DNA of 47,667 nt, from assembly GCA_034399455.1 (NCBI GenBank), contig DASCSW010000001.1:1-47667 (forward strand), read 5' to 3'. The notes under the pieces are model-generated. The model was not told the DNA's origin. It saw only the letters and a list, made by a program, of their open reading frames with translations, and searched no databases. This document shows, piece after piece, positions 17,704-27,204 of the stretch. Within the stretch, counting starts at the first letter, position 1. Every line of letters starts with the position of its first letter. The stretch comes from Candidatus Poseidoniia archaeon (lineage in GTDB: Archaea > Thermoplasmatota > Poseidoniia > MGIII > CG-Epi1). A program made the position numbers and the translations under genes.

Positions 17704-20415
17704 TTAAGATATTAATTCTTTTATCTTTAACAAGGCTGCAGTCAATTCAGACTCAGAGCAAGCTCCTTGAGCATAATGTTCTTTCCCACCACCACTACCA
17801 CCTACTGAAGAAAGTGATTCCTTCAAAATAAAACCACAATTAATATCCACTGAAGGTGAACTAGCCAGAATTACAGATCCCTTACCTCCTTTAGAACAAC
17901 CAATTGCTGCCAAATTATTTTTCTCAGAGGTTATCTCGCGTACTAATTTTTGAATTTCCCCGAAATCTACTTCCCCCATATTATTCAAATAAAAATTAAT
18001 TTTACCTATTTTTTCAGATTCAAGATTTGATGATTTGAAGGCTGCTAATTCTTTTTCTAAAGAGGAAACTTTAGTCCTTAATTCCTTCCATTCTTTTACA
18101 AATTTTTGAGCTGCAGAAGGTGCCTGATCAATCGGAACGCCCAACTCTTCAGCTGTCTTTTCTAATATAGCTCTTTCTTTCTGAGATGCCTTGATTGCGT
18201 CAGGCCCTGCTGAAAATTCTATGCGTTCCACACCATCCTGTACCCGCTCTGTCCTCAAAACCTTGACGGCCTCTACTTTAGAGGTTTTTGATACATGTGT
18301 ACCTGCACAAGCTTGAGCATCCACACCAGGTATTTCTACTACCCTAACTTCCTTATATTTTGGAGCTCCACCCTGATACAAAGTATTCCCATATTTTTTA
18401 TCTGCATCTTCCCGACTATGGAATTTAGTAGTAATAGAATAATCTTTTAAAATTAAATTATTAACTTTAGATTCAATCTCTTCTACCACTTCACGGGTTA
18501 ATCTTCTATGGTGTGTAATATCTAATCTAGCTCTATCTGTTGATTTAGATGCTCCAGCTTGCCATACATGAGAACCTAAGATTTCTCTAGCTGCTGCGCC
18601 AATCAAATGCGTCGCTGTATGGTGTCGACTTAAACTCGAACGACGATTATCGTCTACTTTCCCTGAAATATGCGTTCCTACAGAGGGTGTTTCACCATTA
18701 ATATGATGAATAACTACATCACCAATCTTTTTTACATCTACAACCTCACTTGATTGGTTATTCCACTCTATAATTCCTTTGTCTCCTAATTGTCCGCCAC
18801 CTTCCGGATAAAATAATGTATTTTCTAATGCTATTTGGTTTTTATCAGAGTAAATAACTTCTGAAGTAAAAGAACGTTGTTCCATATCATCATAAAAATC
18901 TAATTTTGTTGAATTGACATCAAAAAATATTTCCTTCGTTTTAACCTTAGTTTCACCCTGATGTCTATCTGCAACCATCGCTAGAAAACCATCTGGGACT
19001 TCTATCGAATATCCTTGCTCAATTGCAAAATCACTAACTACTGAAGGCGGTAAACCTTGTGAATCATATAATTCTAACAATTTGTCTTGATCAATGCCTC
19101 CAGATTCGATAGCTCTCTTTACTGCGCGACGACCTCTTTCTAATGTTTGAGTGAAACGAACAATTTCTAAATTAACCATATCTAATATGTGAGACTTATT
19201 GGAATTGAGTTCAGGATATGTTTTAGAAAAATGATTGATATGGTGTTCTACCATTTCTGGTAGCATATCAGGTACTCCAATATCCTTTAACAAAAGAACT
19301 GTACGCCTTAAAACCATTCTTGCCAAATAACCTGCCTTGACATTACTAGGAACAATGCCATCACCAAACATAAATGCTAAAGCTCTAGAATGATCAACTA
19401 TAGCAAATAATTTTTCTAACGGTTCAATTGTCGAAATAAACTCAGACAAAGATAATTCATGACCTGATGAATTTAATCTGTCAAGAACCTTTTGTCTCAA
19501 TTCAGTCAAATCTGAACCATAATCTACTGATAAAACTCCACATAATTTTGCATTTTCAGAAATAAGAGAACCTGAACTTTTTAATTTGTTTTCCAAATTT
19601 GATTTTTTAGTCAAAAAGGAAACAGCCTCGGGGAAAACTGCTTCATAAATGGTAGGTGTACCTTGCGAAGCCCAAACCAATCTTTCTAAGCCATAACCTG
19701 TATCAACAATAGATCGAGGCATTCGTTTGAATTTTATCCCTTTAAGCTCAATATCTCCCTCAGAATCTTCTTCTAAATCCATAAAAACCAAAGTTGCTAA
19801 TTCAAGGCCACCTGCTAATACCTCTAAAGCTTCTCCACCATTACCTCCTCCTACCCATGGGTTTTCTTTGTATGTTATTTTTGAACCATCTAATCCTAAA
19901 CCTGTGTAAAATTCATGGCAAAGTTCTACGGTACGATTCTGCCAATATATTTTCTCCTTTTCATCATTAAAAGCATGATGTGCCATCATCTCAAATGTTG
20001 TTAAGTGTCTACCACTTCTACCAACTGATTCTAAATCATTCAAACGGATACAAGGTTGGGATATCGCCAAAGGATTTGCTGGAGGTTTAGAAGAACCACT
20101 TGTTACATGTGGCTGAAATACTGCTATTGATGCTATCGACAAATAAATATCATTACGCCAACGTGCAACAACTGGCGCCCTTTCGACTCGTGTGTGATTA
20201 TGTTTATCAAAAAAACTTAAGAAAGATTCGCGAGCTTCATCAAGATTCATTGGCTTTGATAAAAGAGGTTTACCAATAAATGAATATTCAACACAAGGTG
20301 CATCGCCACAAAGCTCACGCTCAATGGTAGACCAGAAGAAACATTTGCATTTAGCGCATGTCTGTCTAGTGAAACCTGAATCGTGGAAGAAACTTAGTGA
20401 TAGACCTTCACTCAC
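17704..20415 (-). CDS. alaS: Alanine--tRNA ligase, archaeal type
   Basis: The 903-aa product has an N-terminal Cys-rich motif (CAKCKCFFWS...CGDAPC). The class II core has FQPH and TFEMMAHHAF. The editing domain has HHTATHL and CAGTHV. A C-terminal DHHA1-like domain ends in GGGK. The start codon is GTG. Confidence 0.95.
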   Translation of the reverse strand: MSEGLSLSFFHDSGFTRQTCAKCKCFFWSTIERELCGDAPCVEYSFIGKPLLSKPMNLDEARESFLSFFDKHNHTRVERAPVVARWRNDIYLSIASIAVFQPHVTSGSSKPPANPLAISQPCIRLNDLESVGRSGRHLTTFEMMAHHAFNDEKEKIYWQNRTVELCHEFYTGLGLDGSKITYKENPWVGGGNGGEALEVLAGGLELATLVFMDLEEDSEGDIELKGIKFKRMPRSIVDTGYGLERLVWASQGTPTIYEAVFPEAVSFLTKKSNLENKLKSSGSLISENAKLCGVLSVDYGSDLTELRQKVLDRLNSSGHELSLSEFISTIEPLEKLFAIVDHSRALAFMFGDGIVPSNVKAGYLARMVLRRTVLLLKDIGVPDMLPEMVEHHINHFSKTYPELNSNKSHILDMVNLEIVRFTQTLERGRRAVKRAIESGGIDQDKLLELYDSQGLPPSVVSDFAIEQGYSIEVPDGFLAMVADRHQGETKVKTKEIFFDVNSTKLDFYDDMEQRSFTSEVIYSDKNQIALENTLFYPEGGGQLGDKGIIEWNNQSSEVVDVKKIGDVVIHHINGETPSVGTHISGKVDDNRRSSLSRHHTATHLIGAAAREILGSHVWQAGASKSTDRARLDITHHRRLTREVVEEIESKVNNLILKDYSITTKFHSREDADKKYGNTLYQGGAPKYKEVRVVEIPGVDAQACAGTHVSKTSKVEAVKVLRTERVQDGVERIEFSAGPDAIKASQKERAILEKTAEELGVPIDQAPSAAQKFVKEWKELRTKVSSLEKELAAFKSSNLESEKIGKINFYLNNMGEVDFGEIQKLVREITSEKNNLAAIGCSKGGKGSVILASSPSVDINCGFILKESLSSVGGSGGGKEHYAQGACSESELTAALLKIKELIS

Positions 20416-20493
20416 AGAATGGCAGAGAGTAGTAGCTTAAAAACTACGGAGGGGCATAAGCATTAATGTTGCTTGGGAACATAGGGAAATATT

Positions 20494-22842
20494 ATGTCTT
20501 CAAATGAAACGCATAAACCTTACGTTTCAGCCAATAAAATTCTTCCTGAAATAACAATGCAAGGAATTATTTTAGCAATCATTTTAGGATTTCTACTGAC
20601 TGCTGCAAATGTCTACCTTGGATTATATGTTGGAATGACTGTAAGTGCTTCTATTCCTGCAGCTGTAATATCTATGGCCGTTCTAAGAAGTTTAGAAAGA
20701 GCCAATATTTCTAAGGGGACTAATATTTTAGAAAATAACTGGGTTCAAACTGCAGTATCATCTGGAGAATCTCTAGCTGCAGGCGTAATCTTTACTCTCC
20801 CTGCACTTTTAGTGATGAATCAAACAAGTAATGGAGAAGTAGGATGGGCTGAATTTCCATACTTTAAAACCCTTATTATTGCATTAGTTGGTGGAACGAT
20901 TGGCGTTTTATTTTCAATAAGTTTAAGAAGAATATTTATTGTAAAAGAGAAACTACCTTATCCTGAAGGTGTAGCTTGCGCAGAAGTACTTGTAGCTGGA
21001 GAAAAAGGCGGATCGCAAGTTATGCCTATTTTTGCAGGTATTGCTTTTGGAGCAATATACAAAATATGTTCATCTCTAATGGTAACTGTAGACAATACTG
21101 TAAAACAAGTAAGTCTTGGTCTTTGGGAACATGGATGGCAAGGATTCTACACATTAGGAGGGAAATTAAATGAATCTGCAGCCTACGCCAAATCTAAAAC
21201 AACTTTCTATTTAGGCGCTGAATTCTCACCGGCTTTACTTGGAGTTGGTTACATCGTAGGGCCTGCTATCGCAAGTTTCGTATTTTTTGGAGGTTTATTG
21301 GGTGCAATAGTCATAATGCCTATTGCTAGTACTCTTTTGAACCCTACTGATGCATTTCTGGAACAATTTAGTAATGCTGCAATGAATGGTGAAATAATCA
21401 ACTATGGAGATTATGCCAACCACATAAACGGCCGAAGAAGAATGGTGGGTGTTGGTACTATGTTAGTTGGTGGACTCTACACTTTAGTAGTAATGAGAGA
21501 AGCTTTGATGAAGGGCATTACAGAAATGATTGATGCTACAAAATCAAATGTTTCAGATGTTGGTACCATAAGAACTGATGAAGATTTACCAGCTCGTTCT
21601 ATAGCAATAACTAGTGCTGCAATGGCAATTCCTATGTTTTTTATGGTGTGGATTGTTTCTGGTCTATTACTTCCTGCTATTCTTTCTTTGCTAATCATAT
21701 TTACTGCTGGATTCTTATTTGCAGCAGTCGCAGGTTACATGGCTGGTATTGTAGGTAGTAGTAATAATCCGCTTTCGGGTGTTACAATTATAGTAGTGAT
21801 TTTAACTGCGACTATATTCGCCTTAGTTAATAGGTTAGTTTATGGAGGTGAAAATACTGCCGAATTGCAAGTTGCAGTTATCGGAGTGGCTGCTTTCGTC
21901 GCATGTGCTGGCGCAATATCTGGTGACAATTTACAAGATTTAAAAACTGGCTATATACTAGGTGCTACACCTTGGCGGCAGCAAATAGGTCAAGTCGTTG
22001 GTGTTGCCGCAGGCGCAGTTGCAATACCACTTGTTTTGAATTTGTTATCTGATCAAATTATTAATGGTGATTTAGAAGCGCCACAAGCATTCTTGATGGC
22101 TAGTATTACTAATGGAATTCTAGGCGGAGGAATGGATTGGTCTATGGTTTTCATGGGGGCAGGAATTGCATTTTGTCTTATTGCACTTAGGCATCCTGAG
22201 AAATACGTTAACATCTTAATCTTTGCATACGCTCTCTTCCTGGTAGGGGGATTTATAGAGGGAGCAATTGCTGCTTACCTATTCACTGGAAGTCTACTAA
22301 TTGCTGCAACTCAAGGGTGGATTAATGAAAGAGGTGGATTAAACATATCCATAATGGCTGTTGCAGTAGGTATGTATCTAAGTTTGAAAATGACTATCCC
22401 TATTTTTATTGGAGGCATGATCAAAATGTACGTTGATAGGCGTTTTGATACTCCATTAAAAAAATCAAGACCTGAACTTTTCAAAGAATGGAAGATAGAT
22501 TCTATTGAAAAATTAGAGGAAGAAAAAGAAAAACTACACGGACCTGGTATCTTGTTTGCATCTGGGTTAATTGCTGGTGAAGCAATTATGGGTATTGGTT
22601 TAGCTGGAATGGCTGTTTCAGGACTTTATTTAGGAATGACAGAACATCCTTCTCTATGGCTTGGCATTAGTGTTTTTGCAATAGGTGCTGGAATAATGGC
22701 TACACTTAGCTTAAGACAAATAAATAACGAAGATTTTGGTAAAGTAGAAGAATGGGATTTTGATGATGAAATACAAGATGCTGAAATGGTTCCTGATAAA
22801 CCTAGAAAAAAGAAACCAATACGTAAGAAAACTAAAAAATAG
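20494..22842 (+). CDS. OPT-family oligopeptide transporter
   Basis: The 782-aa product has many TM segments. OPT blocks present are NVYLGLYVGMTVSASIPAAVISMA, LPYPEGVACAEVL, DNLQDLKTGYILGATP and GILFASGLIAGEA. It ends in a lysine-rich tail (KPRKKKPIRKKTKK). Confidence 0.85.
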   Translation: MSSNETHKPYVSANKILPEITMQGIILAIILGFLLTAANVYLGLYVGMTVSASIPAAVISMAVLRSLERANISKGTNILENNWVQTAVSSGESLAAGVIFTLPALLVMNQTSNGEVGWAEFPYFKTLIIALVGGTIGVLFSISLRRIFIVKEKLPYPEGVACAEVLVAGEKGGSQVMPIFAGIAFGAIYKICSSLMVTVDNTVKQVSLGLWEHGWQGFYTLGGKLNESAAYAKSKTTFYLGAEFSPALLGVGYIVGPAIASFVFFGGLLGAIVIMPIASTLLNPTDAFLEQFSNAAMNGEIINYGDYANHINGRRRMVGVGTMLVGGLYTLVVMREALMKGITEMIDATKSNVSDVGTIRTDEDLPARSIAITSAAMAIPMFFMVWIVSGLLLPAILSLLIIFTAGFLFAAVAGYMAGIVGSSNNPLSGVTIIVVILTATIFALVNRLVYGGENTAELQVAVIGVAAFVACAGAISGDNLQDLKTGYILGATPWRQQIGQVVGVAAGAVAIPLVLNLLSDQIINGDLEAPQAFLMASITNGILGGGMDWSMVFMGAGIAFCLIALRHPEKYVNILIFAYALFLVGGFIEGAIAAYLFTGSLLIAATQGWINERGGLNISIMAVAVGMYLSLKMTIPIFIGGMIKMYVDRRFDTPLKKSRPELFKEWKIDSIEKLEEEKEKLHGPGILFASGLIAGEAIMGIGLAGMAVSGLYLGMTEHPSLWLGISVFAIGAGIMATLSLRQINNEDFGKVEEWDFDDEIQDAEMVPDKPRKKKPIRKKTKK

Positions 22843-22898
22843 TATGAATTAATACTAACAACAATATCAATTTAATGTGACTAATGTAGGCCCTACCC

Positions 22899-23465
22899 TT
22901 GGTAAAAAGAAATTTTATAATTATTGGACACCGCGCTCGCACGGCTGCTGATTGGAAATTAGATGATTTATGTGGTGGTGCAGGAAGATTAGATGTTTTA
23001 GTAAGATGTGTAACTGCATCTCTTTGGAAATCACATGGAATAAGAAAAAATACCGATGTTTGGCTAATTCTTAATGGACCTCCAAATGCCCCTATTACAG
23101 TTCATTTTAGTGGTGAAAATATACGATATCTTAATCCAGATGAAAGATCAACAGCTGCACTTATTCGAAATGGATTAATCAAATACAAAAATGAAGAAAA
23201 GATTATAGAAACCAGCCCTGGAATAACTATGGAAAGAATAGGCTTAGAAGAAGTCTTAAAGAAATTACCAAATCCAATCCTCTTAAGTGAGAATGGAAAA
23301 GATAAAATAACAAGTGAGGAAACTTTTATCCTTGGTGATGATAAAAATCCTACCGAAGAAGAAATGGAAATATTAGAGAAATTACCCAAGATTAGTTTAG
23401 GTAAAGAAAGTTTACTGAGTTCAGCCTGTATAACATTAATACATCACCGTCTAGACTCTGAATAA
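22899..23465 (+). CDS. trmY: tRNA (pseudouridine54-N1)-methyltransferase TrmY (SPOUT, COG1901)
   Basis: The 188-aa product is collinear with remembered M. jannaschii TrmY. Matching blocks are FIIIGHRA...DDLCGGAGRLDVLVRCVTASL..SHGIR, NPDERSTAALI, TSPGI, FILGDD and ISLG...LLSSACITLIHHRLD. The start codon is TTG. Confidence 0.8.
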   Translation: MVKRNFIIIGHRARTAADWKLDDLCGGAGRLDVLVRCVTASLWKSHGIRKNTDVWLILNGPPNAPITVHFSGENIRYLNPDERSTAALIRNGLIKYKNEEKIIETSPGITMERIGLEEVLKKLPNPILLSENGKDKITSEETFILGDDKNPTEEEMEILEKLPKISLGKESLLSSACITLIHHRLDSE

Positions 23466-23466
23466 C

Positions 23467-24423
23467 ATGGAAGCTATAATTCTAGTAGGGGGATTTGGAA
23501 CTCGTCTTCGACCGTTAACATACACCATTCCAAAACCATTGCTTCCACTTGCAAATATACCTATGGTAGAGAGAATGATCACAAATCTACCTAAGAAATT
23601 TGATACTGCTATTTTAGCCGTAAATTATGGTCTAGATGAAATGAAAGAATATTTTGTTGGAAAAAACATAGGAAAGAAAATAATAATCGTTCCCGAAGAA
23701 AAACCATTGGGTACGGGTGGTGCTATGCGAAATTGTTTTGAACATATTACAGGTACTACTGCAGTATTCAACGGTGATGTGATAAGTTCAATAAATTTAG
23801 AAAAAATGTTACAGCAACATATTGAAACTAAAGCAAAAGGTACTCTCGCTCTATGGGAAGTTGATGACCCTAATCGTTTCGGAGTTGTTGAATTAAAGAA
23901 TGGTGAAATATTACAATTTCAAGAAAAACCTGAAAAAGGTACTGAATTATCAAATTTAATTAATGCCGGTACTTATCTATTAGAACCTGAAATATTGGAA
24001 ATGATACCTCAAAACAAAAAAATATCTATAGAACGAGATATTTACCCTAAAGTTGCAGGAAATGGCCTACATGGTTTTCCATTTGAAGGATATTTTATTG
24101 ATTCAGGAACTCCGGGATCATATCTTGAAGCAAACTTCAAATTAATCGGGAAAAATGGTACGGCCTCACACATAGGTGCAAATATGCGAGGAAATTCAAT
24201 TGTACACGAAAGTGCAGAATTACAAGATTGTATTATTGGTCCAAATGCTATAATTGGCCCAAATGTCAAAATGGAAAAATGTGTAATTAGAAATTCGGTT
24301 ATTCTGGATGGCGTCAATGGATATGGGGGGATTGTGGAAAAATGTATAATTGGCCCAAATATTTCATTTAAACAAAATTTAGACAGAACTTTAATATCAC
24401 CTGAAGGTACAATCGTTTTTTAG
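23467..24423 (+). CDS. Sugar-1-phosphate nucleotidyltransferase (GDP-mannose pyrophosphorylase-like) with a left-handed beta-helix C-terminus
   Basis: The 318-aa product begins AIILVGGFGTRLRPLTYTIPKPLLP, the NTP-transferase signature. It also has GTGGA, EKP, and C-terminal hexapeptide-like repeats (IIGPNAIIGPNVKMEKCVIRNSVI). Confidence 0.8.
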   Translation: MEAIILVGGFGTRLRPLTYTIPKPLLPLANIPMVERMITNLPKKFDTAILAVNYGLDEMKEYFVGKNIGKKIIIVPEEKPLGTGGAMRNCFEHITGTTAVFNGDVISSINLEKMLQQHIETKAKGTLALWEVDDPNRFGVVELKNGEILQFQEKPEKGTELSNLINAGTYLLEPEILEMIPQNKKISIERDIYPKVAGNGLHGFPFEGYFIDSGTPGSYLEANFKLIGKNGTASHIGANMRGNSIVHESAELQDCIIGPNAIIGPNVKMEKCVIRNSVILDGVNGYGGIVEKCIIGPNISFKQNLDRTLISPEGTIVF

Positions 24424-24430
24424 AATAAAT

Positions 24431-25072
24431 ATGTCTCTTAAAATCATTCAAATTCCTGTTGGGGCACTGGTAATGAATGCTACCTTAGTAATGGATGAAG
24501 AAAGTAGAGAAACTATTTTCTTTGATCCTGGAGATGAAATTGAAAAAATATTGGAAATAACTAAAAACGAAAACATGAATGTAGTTAGATTAATTGCAAC
24601 ACATTGTCATGTCGATCACATTGCTGGTGCAAATCTTGCAATGGAAAAATTACAATTACCGCTTGAAATTTGCCCACTAGGGAAAGAAATGCTAGGAAAT
24701 GTTGGTCCTATTGCTGCCGCATTTGGATACTCAGTTACAGAGATAAAAGAAGGAGGGTACATAGATGAAGGTGATATTGTGAAAATTGGTAAATACGAAT
24801 TTAATATTTTACATTGTCCTGGCCATAGTCCTGATTCACTCTGTTTCTATAGCAAAGGTGTTTTGATAGGAGGGGATGTTATTTTCAAAGGCAGTTTAGG
24901 AAGAACTGACCTACCTGGAGGAAGTACTGAACAACTAATGAATGCTATTACCAAAAAAATATATCCATTACCTGATGAAACTACCATTTATCCTGGGCAT
25001 GGGCCTGAAACTACATTGGGAATAGAAAAGAAAGAAAATCCCTACCTTAATGGGACATTGAGATTAGCATAG
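24431..25072 (+). CDS. MBL-fold metallo-hydrolase (glyoxalase II-like)
   Basis: The 213-aa product has THCHVDHIAG (the HxHxDH motif), CPGHSPDS, GDVIFKGSLGRTDLPGG and YPGHG. Confidence 0.85.
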   Translation: MSLKIIQIPVGALVMNATLVMDEESRETIFFDPGDEIEKILEITKNENMNVVRLIATHCHVDHIAGANLAMEKLQLPLEICPLGKEMLGNVGPIAAAFGYSVTEIKEGGYIDEGDIVKIGKYEFNILHCPGHSPDSLCFYSKGVLIGGDVIFKGSLGRTDLPGGSTEQLMNAITKKIYPLPDETTIYPGHGPETTLGIEKKENPYLNGTLRLA

Positions 25073-25075
25073 TAA

Positions 25076-25084
25076 TTTTTATAT
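25076..25084 (+). promoter_or_regulatory. Candidate TATA box for the DHCR24-like gene
   Basis: The element tttttatat lies 24-32 nt upstream of the ATG at 25108, spacing that fits a leaderless transcript. The same T-run directly follows the MBL gene stop and could also terminate that gene. Confidence 0.3.
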
Positions 25085-25107
25085 CAATTAAATAATAAGG
25101 CGAATAT

Positions 25108-26592
25108 ATGAGTTACGAGAAATATAATGAAAAAGTGAAAAATATCTCAAACTCTATCATAAAAAATGAAAAATTAATTACTACAAACAGAAAAGGGCAC
25201 AACTACAGAGATTTGAAATTTAAAAAAAAACAGACCCGTATCGAAACTGGAAATCTAAACAATATACTTTCAATTGGAGATGATTTTATTGATTGTGAAT
25301 CTGCTGTAACTTTGGGTAAAATTAATAGAATAACCATTCAAAAAAAAAGGATTATTCCCTCCCTACCAGAGGGTGATAATTTTACTGTAGGGGGGTGCCT
25401 AGCTGGACTAGGGCTAGGATCAAGTTCCTACGTTCATGGTTTCTTTAATGATAATGTTATAGATTTTGATGTTATACTAGGTAACGGAGATATAGTGAAA
25501 AATATTTCACAAACAAAAAATTCTGATTTATTCTATGGTATTGGAGGGACTTATGGAACTATGGGAATTATCACTAGAGTAAAAATAAAAATAATCCCCT
25601 GTGAAAAGTATGTGAAGATTAATTATTATCACTACAATTCATTTGAAAAATTTTATGCCAATTTTAAAAAGAAAATTGATGCTAAAAAAGATGATTTTAT
25701 TGAAGCCTTTGCAAATAAGAAAAATGATTATACCATCGTAGTAGGTAATTTTGTGGCTAATGTGAATGCAAAAGATATTGCTATCATAAAAGATAAAGAT
25801 ATTCTGATGCAACGTAATATGTGTATTTATGCTCAAATAGCAAATAAAAAAGAAGTTACTTATCTACGATTATTAGATTATTTAGAGCGGTATAGCTATG
25901 CTGCCTTTTGGGGGCATTATCTATACACCCCCTACAAAATTATGGATTACATCTATGCTGGATTAATGTATTCATTAATGCCACAAAAAATATTAGATTC
26001 ATCTCCAGGTCATGGAAAATATAATATCTCTAAATATTTTCATGCTGCTAATCATATAGTTGGAGATTATACTAGAGATGAATATGTTCTTGCTACTGAC
26101 ATAGGAGTTCCTTATTCAAAATTAAAAGAGGCTATGGATTTAGCTGATGAAATGACTGAAACTTACCCGCGCTGGATATGCCCTATTAACATAGACCATC
26201 ATCCGGACAAAATATTTTGTACTAAAAAACCTGAACTTTGTGAAGATAATATTGTATTTGATTTAGGAATCTATGGTATTAAAAATACAAATAAAACATC
26301 AAAAAAAATAAATCAAGCATTTGAAAAATTTTCTTTTGCACATGGAATGTTCAAAGGTTTTTTCTCGACATGCTATTTTACTTACGAAGATTTTTGGAAT
26401 CAATTTGATAAGGAAAAATATGAAAGTATAAGGAAAAAATATCATGCCGATGGGAACTTTATGGATATTTATGACAAGATAAATTACAGAAATAAAGTGA
26501 AAAAAAATAATCTTAGAAGTAAATTATTCAAATCCTTTGGTAAAAGATATCTTAAACAAATTAATAATAACAAACATACATTAATTAAGTAA
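25108..26592 (+). CDS. FAD-dependent oxidoreductase homologous along its full length to eukaryotic delta(24)-sterol reductase (DHCR24 / DWF1-Diminuto family), lacking the N-terminal membrane anchor
   Basis: The 494-aa product is collinear with remembered human DHCR24. [28 protein letters not shown] matches [62 protein letters not shown] matches [41 protein letters not shown] matches YPIWLCP. DLGIYG matches [14 protein letters not shown]...YDKI matches EEFWEMFD...YDKI. The gene is visibly more A/T- and Lys/Asn/Ile-rich than its neighbours. Confidence 0.8.
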   Translation: [494 protein letters not shown]

Positions 26593-26595
26593 AAC

Positions 26596-27204
26596 ATGAA
26601 AGTATTAGTCGTAGGTAACAGGCCATTGGGAAGCAATATTATTGAATTAGCAAAAAACAAATTGATAATTGCAGCCGATGCTGGAGCTGATCAATTAATG
26701 AAATATAATATTGTTCCAGAACGAGTTATAGGGGATTTAGATTCAATCTCAGACAAAGCATCAACAAAACTTGAAGAATGGACTGTATCTAATAAAAATG
26801 TACAAAAAACTGATTTAGAAAAGGCTGTGGATTATGCTTTTGAAAAAGGCGCCTCAGAAATAGAAATAATTGGTTGGTCAGGAGGTAGAATTGATCATAC
26901 CTTAGCGGCATTGGGCCTAGCATTTAATCCTAAGATAAAACTAATTGATGACAAATTTACTGTACAAACTATCGCCGATTCAAAGACAATTAAAGGTAAA
27001 GAAAGTACTCTTTTTTCACTCATAGCAATACCTGAAGCACGAGTCAGTATCACTGGTGCAAGATGGAATGTTCAACATGAAAAATTTCAAATGGGAGGAA
27101 GAGGTATACACAATGAAATTGGATCTTCAGGTGTAACTACAATAGAATGTCATAGCGGAAATTTAATACTAATTCAAGGTAATTTTGTTTTACCTCATGA
27201 CTGA
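26596..27204 (+). CDS. Thiamine pyrophosphokinase (thiamine diphosphokinase, TPK)
   Basis: The 202-aa product has IIAADAGA...IVPERVIGDLDSIS, QKTDLEKAVDYA and GWSGGRIDHTLA, followed by a C-terminal thiamine-binding beta domain. These match TPK family blocks (GDFDS, KD.TD.E.A, GGR.DH). Confidence 0.8.
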   Translation: MKVLVVGNRPLGSNIIELAKNKLIIAADAGADQLMKYNIVPERVIGDLDSISDKASTKLEEWTVSNKNVQKTDLEKAVDYAFEKGASEIEIIGWSGGRIDHTLAALGLAFNPKIKLIDDKFTVQTIADSKTIKGKESTLFSLIAIPEARVSITGARWNVQHEKFQMGGRGIHNEIGSSGVTTIECHSGNLILIQGNFVLPHD

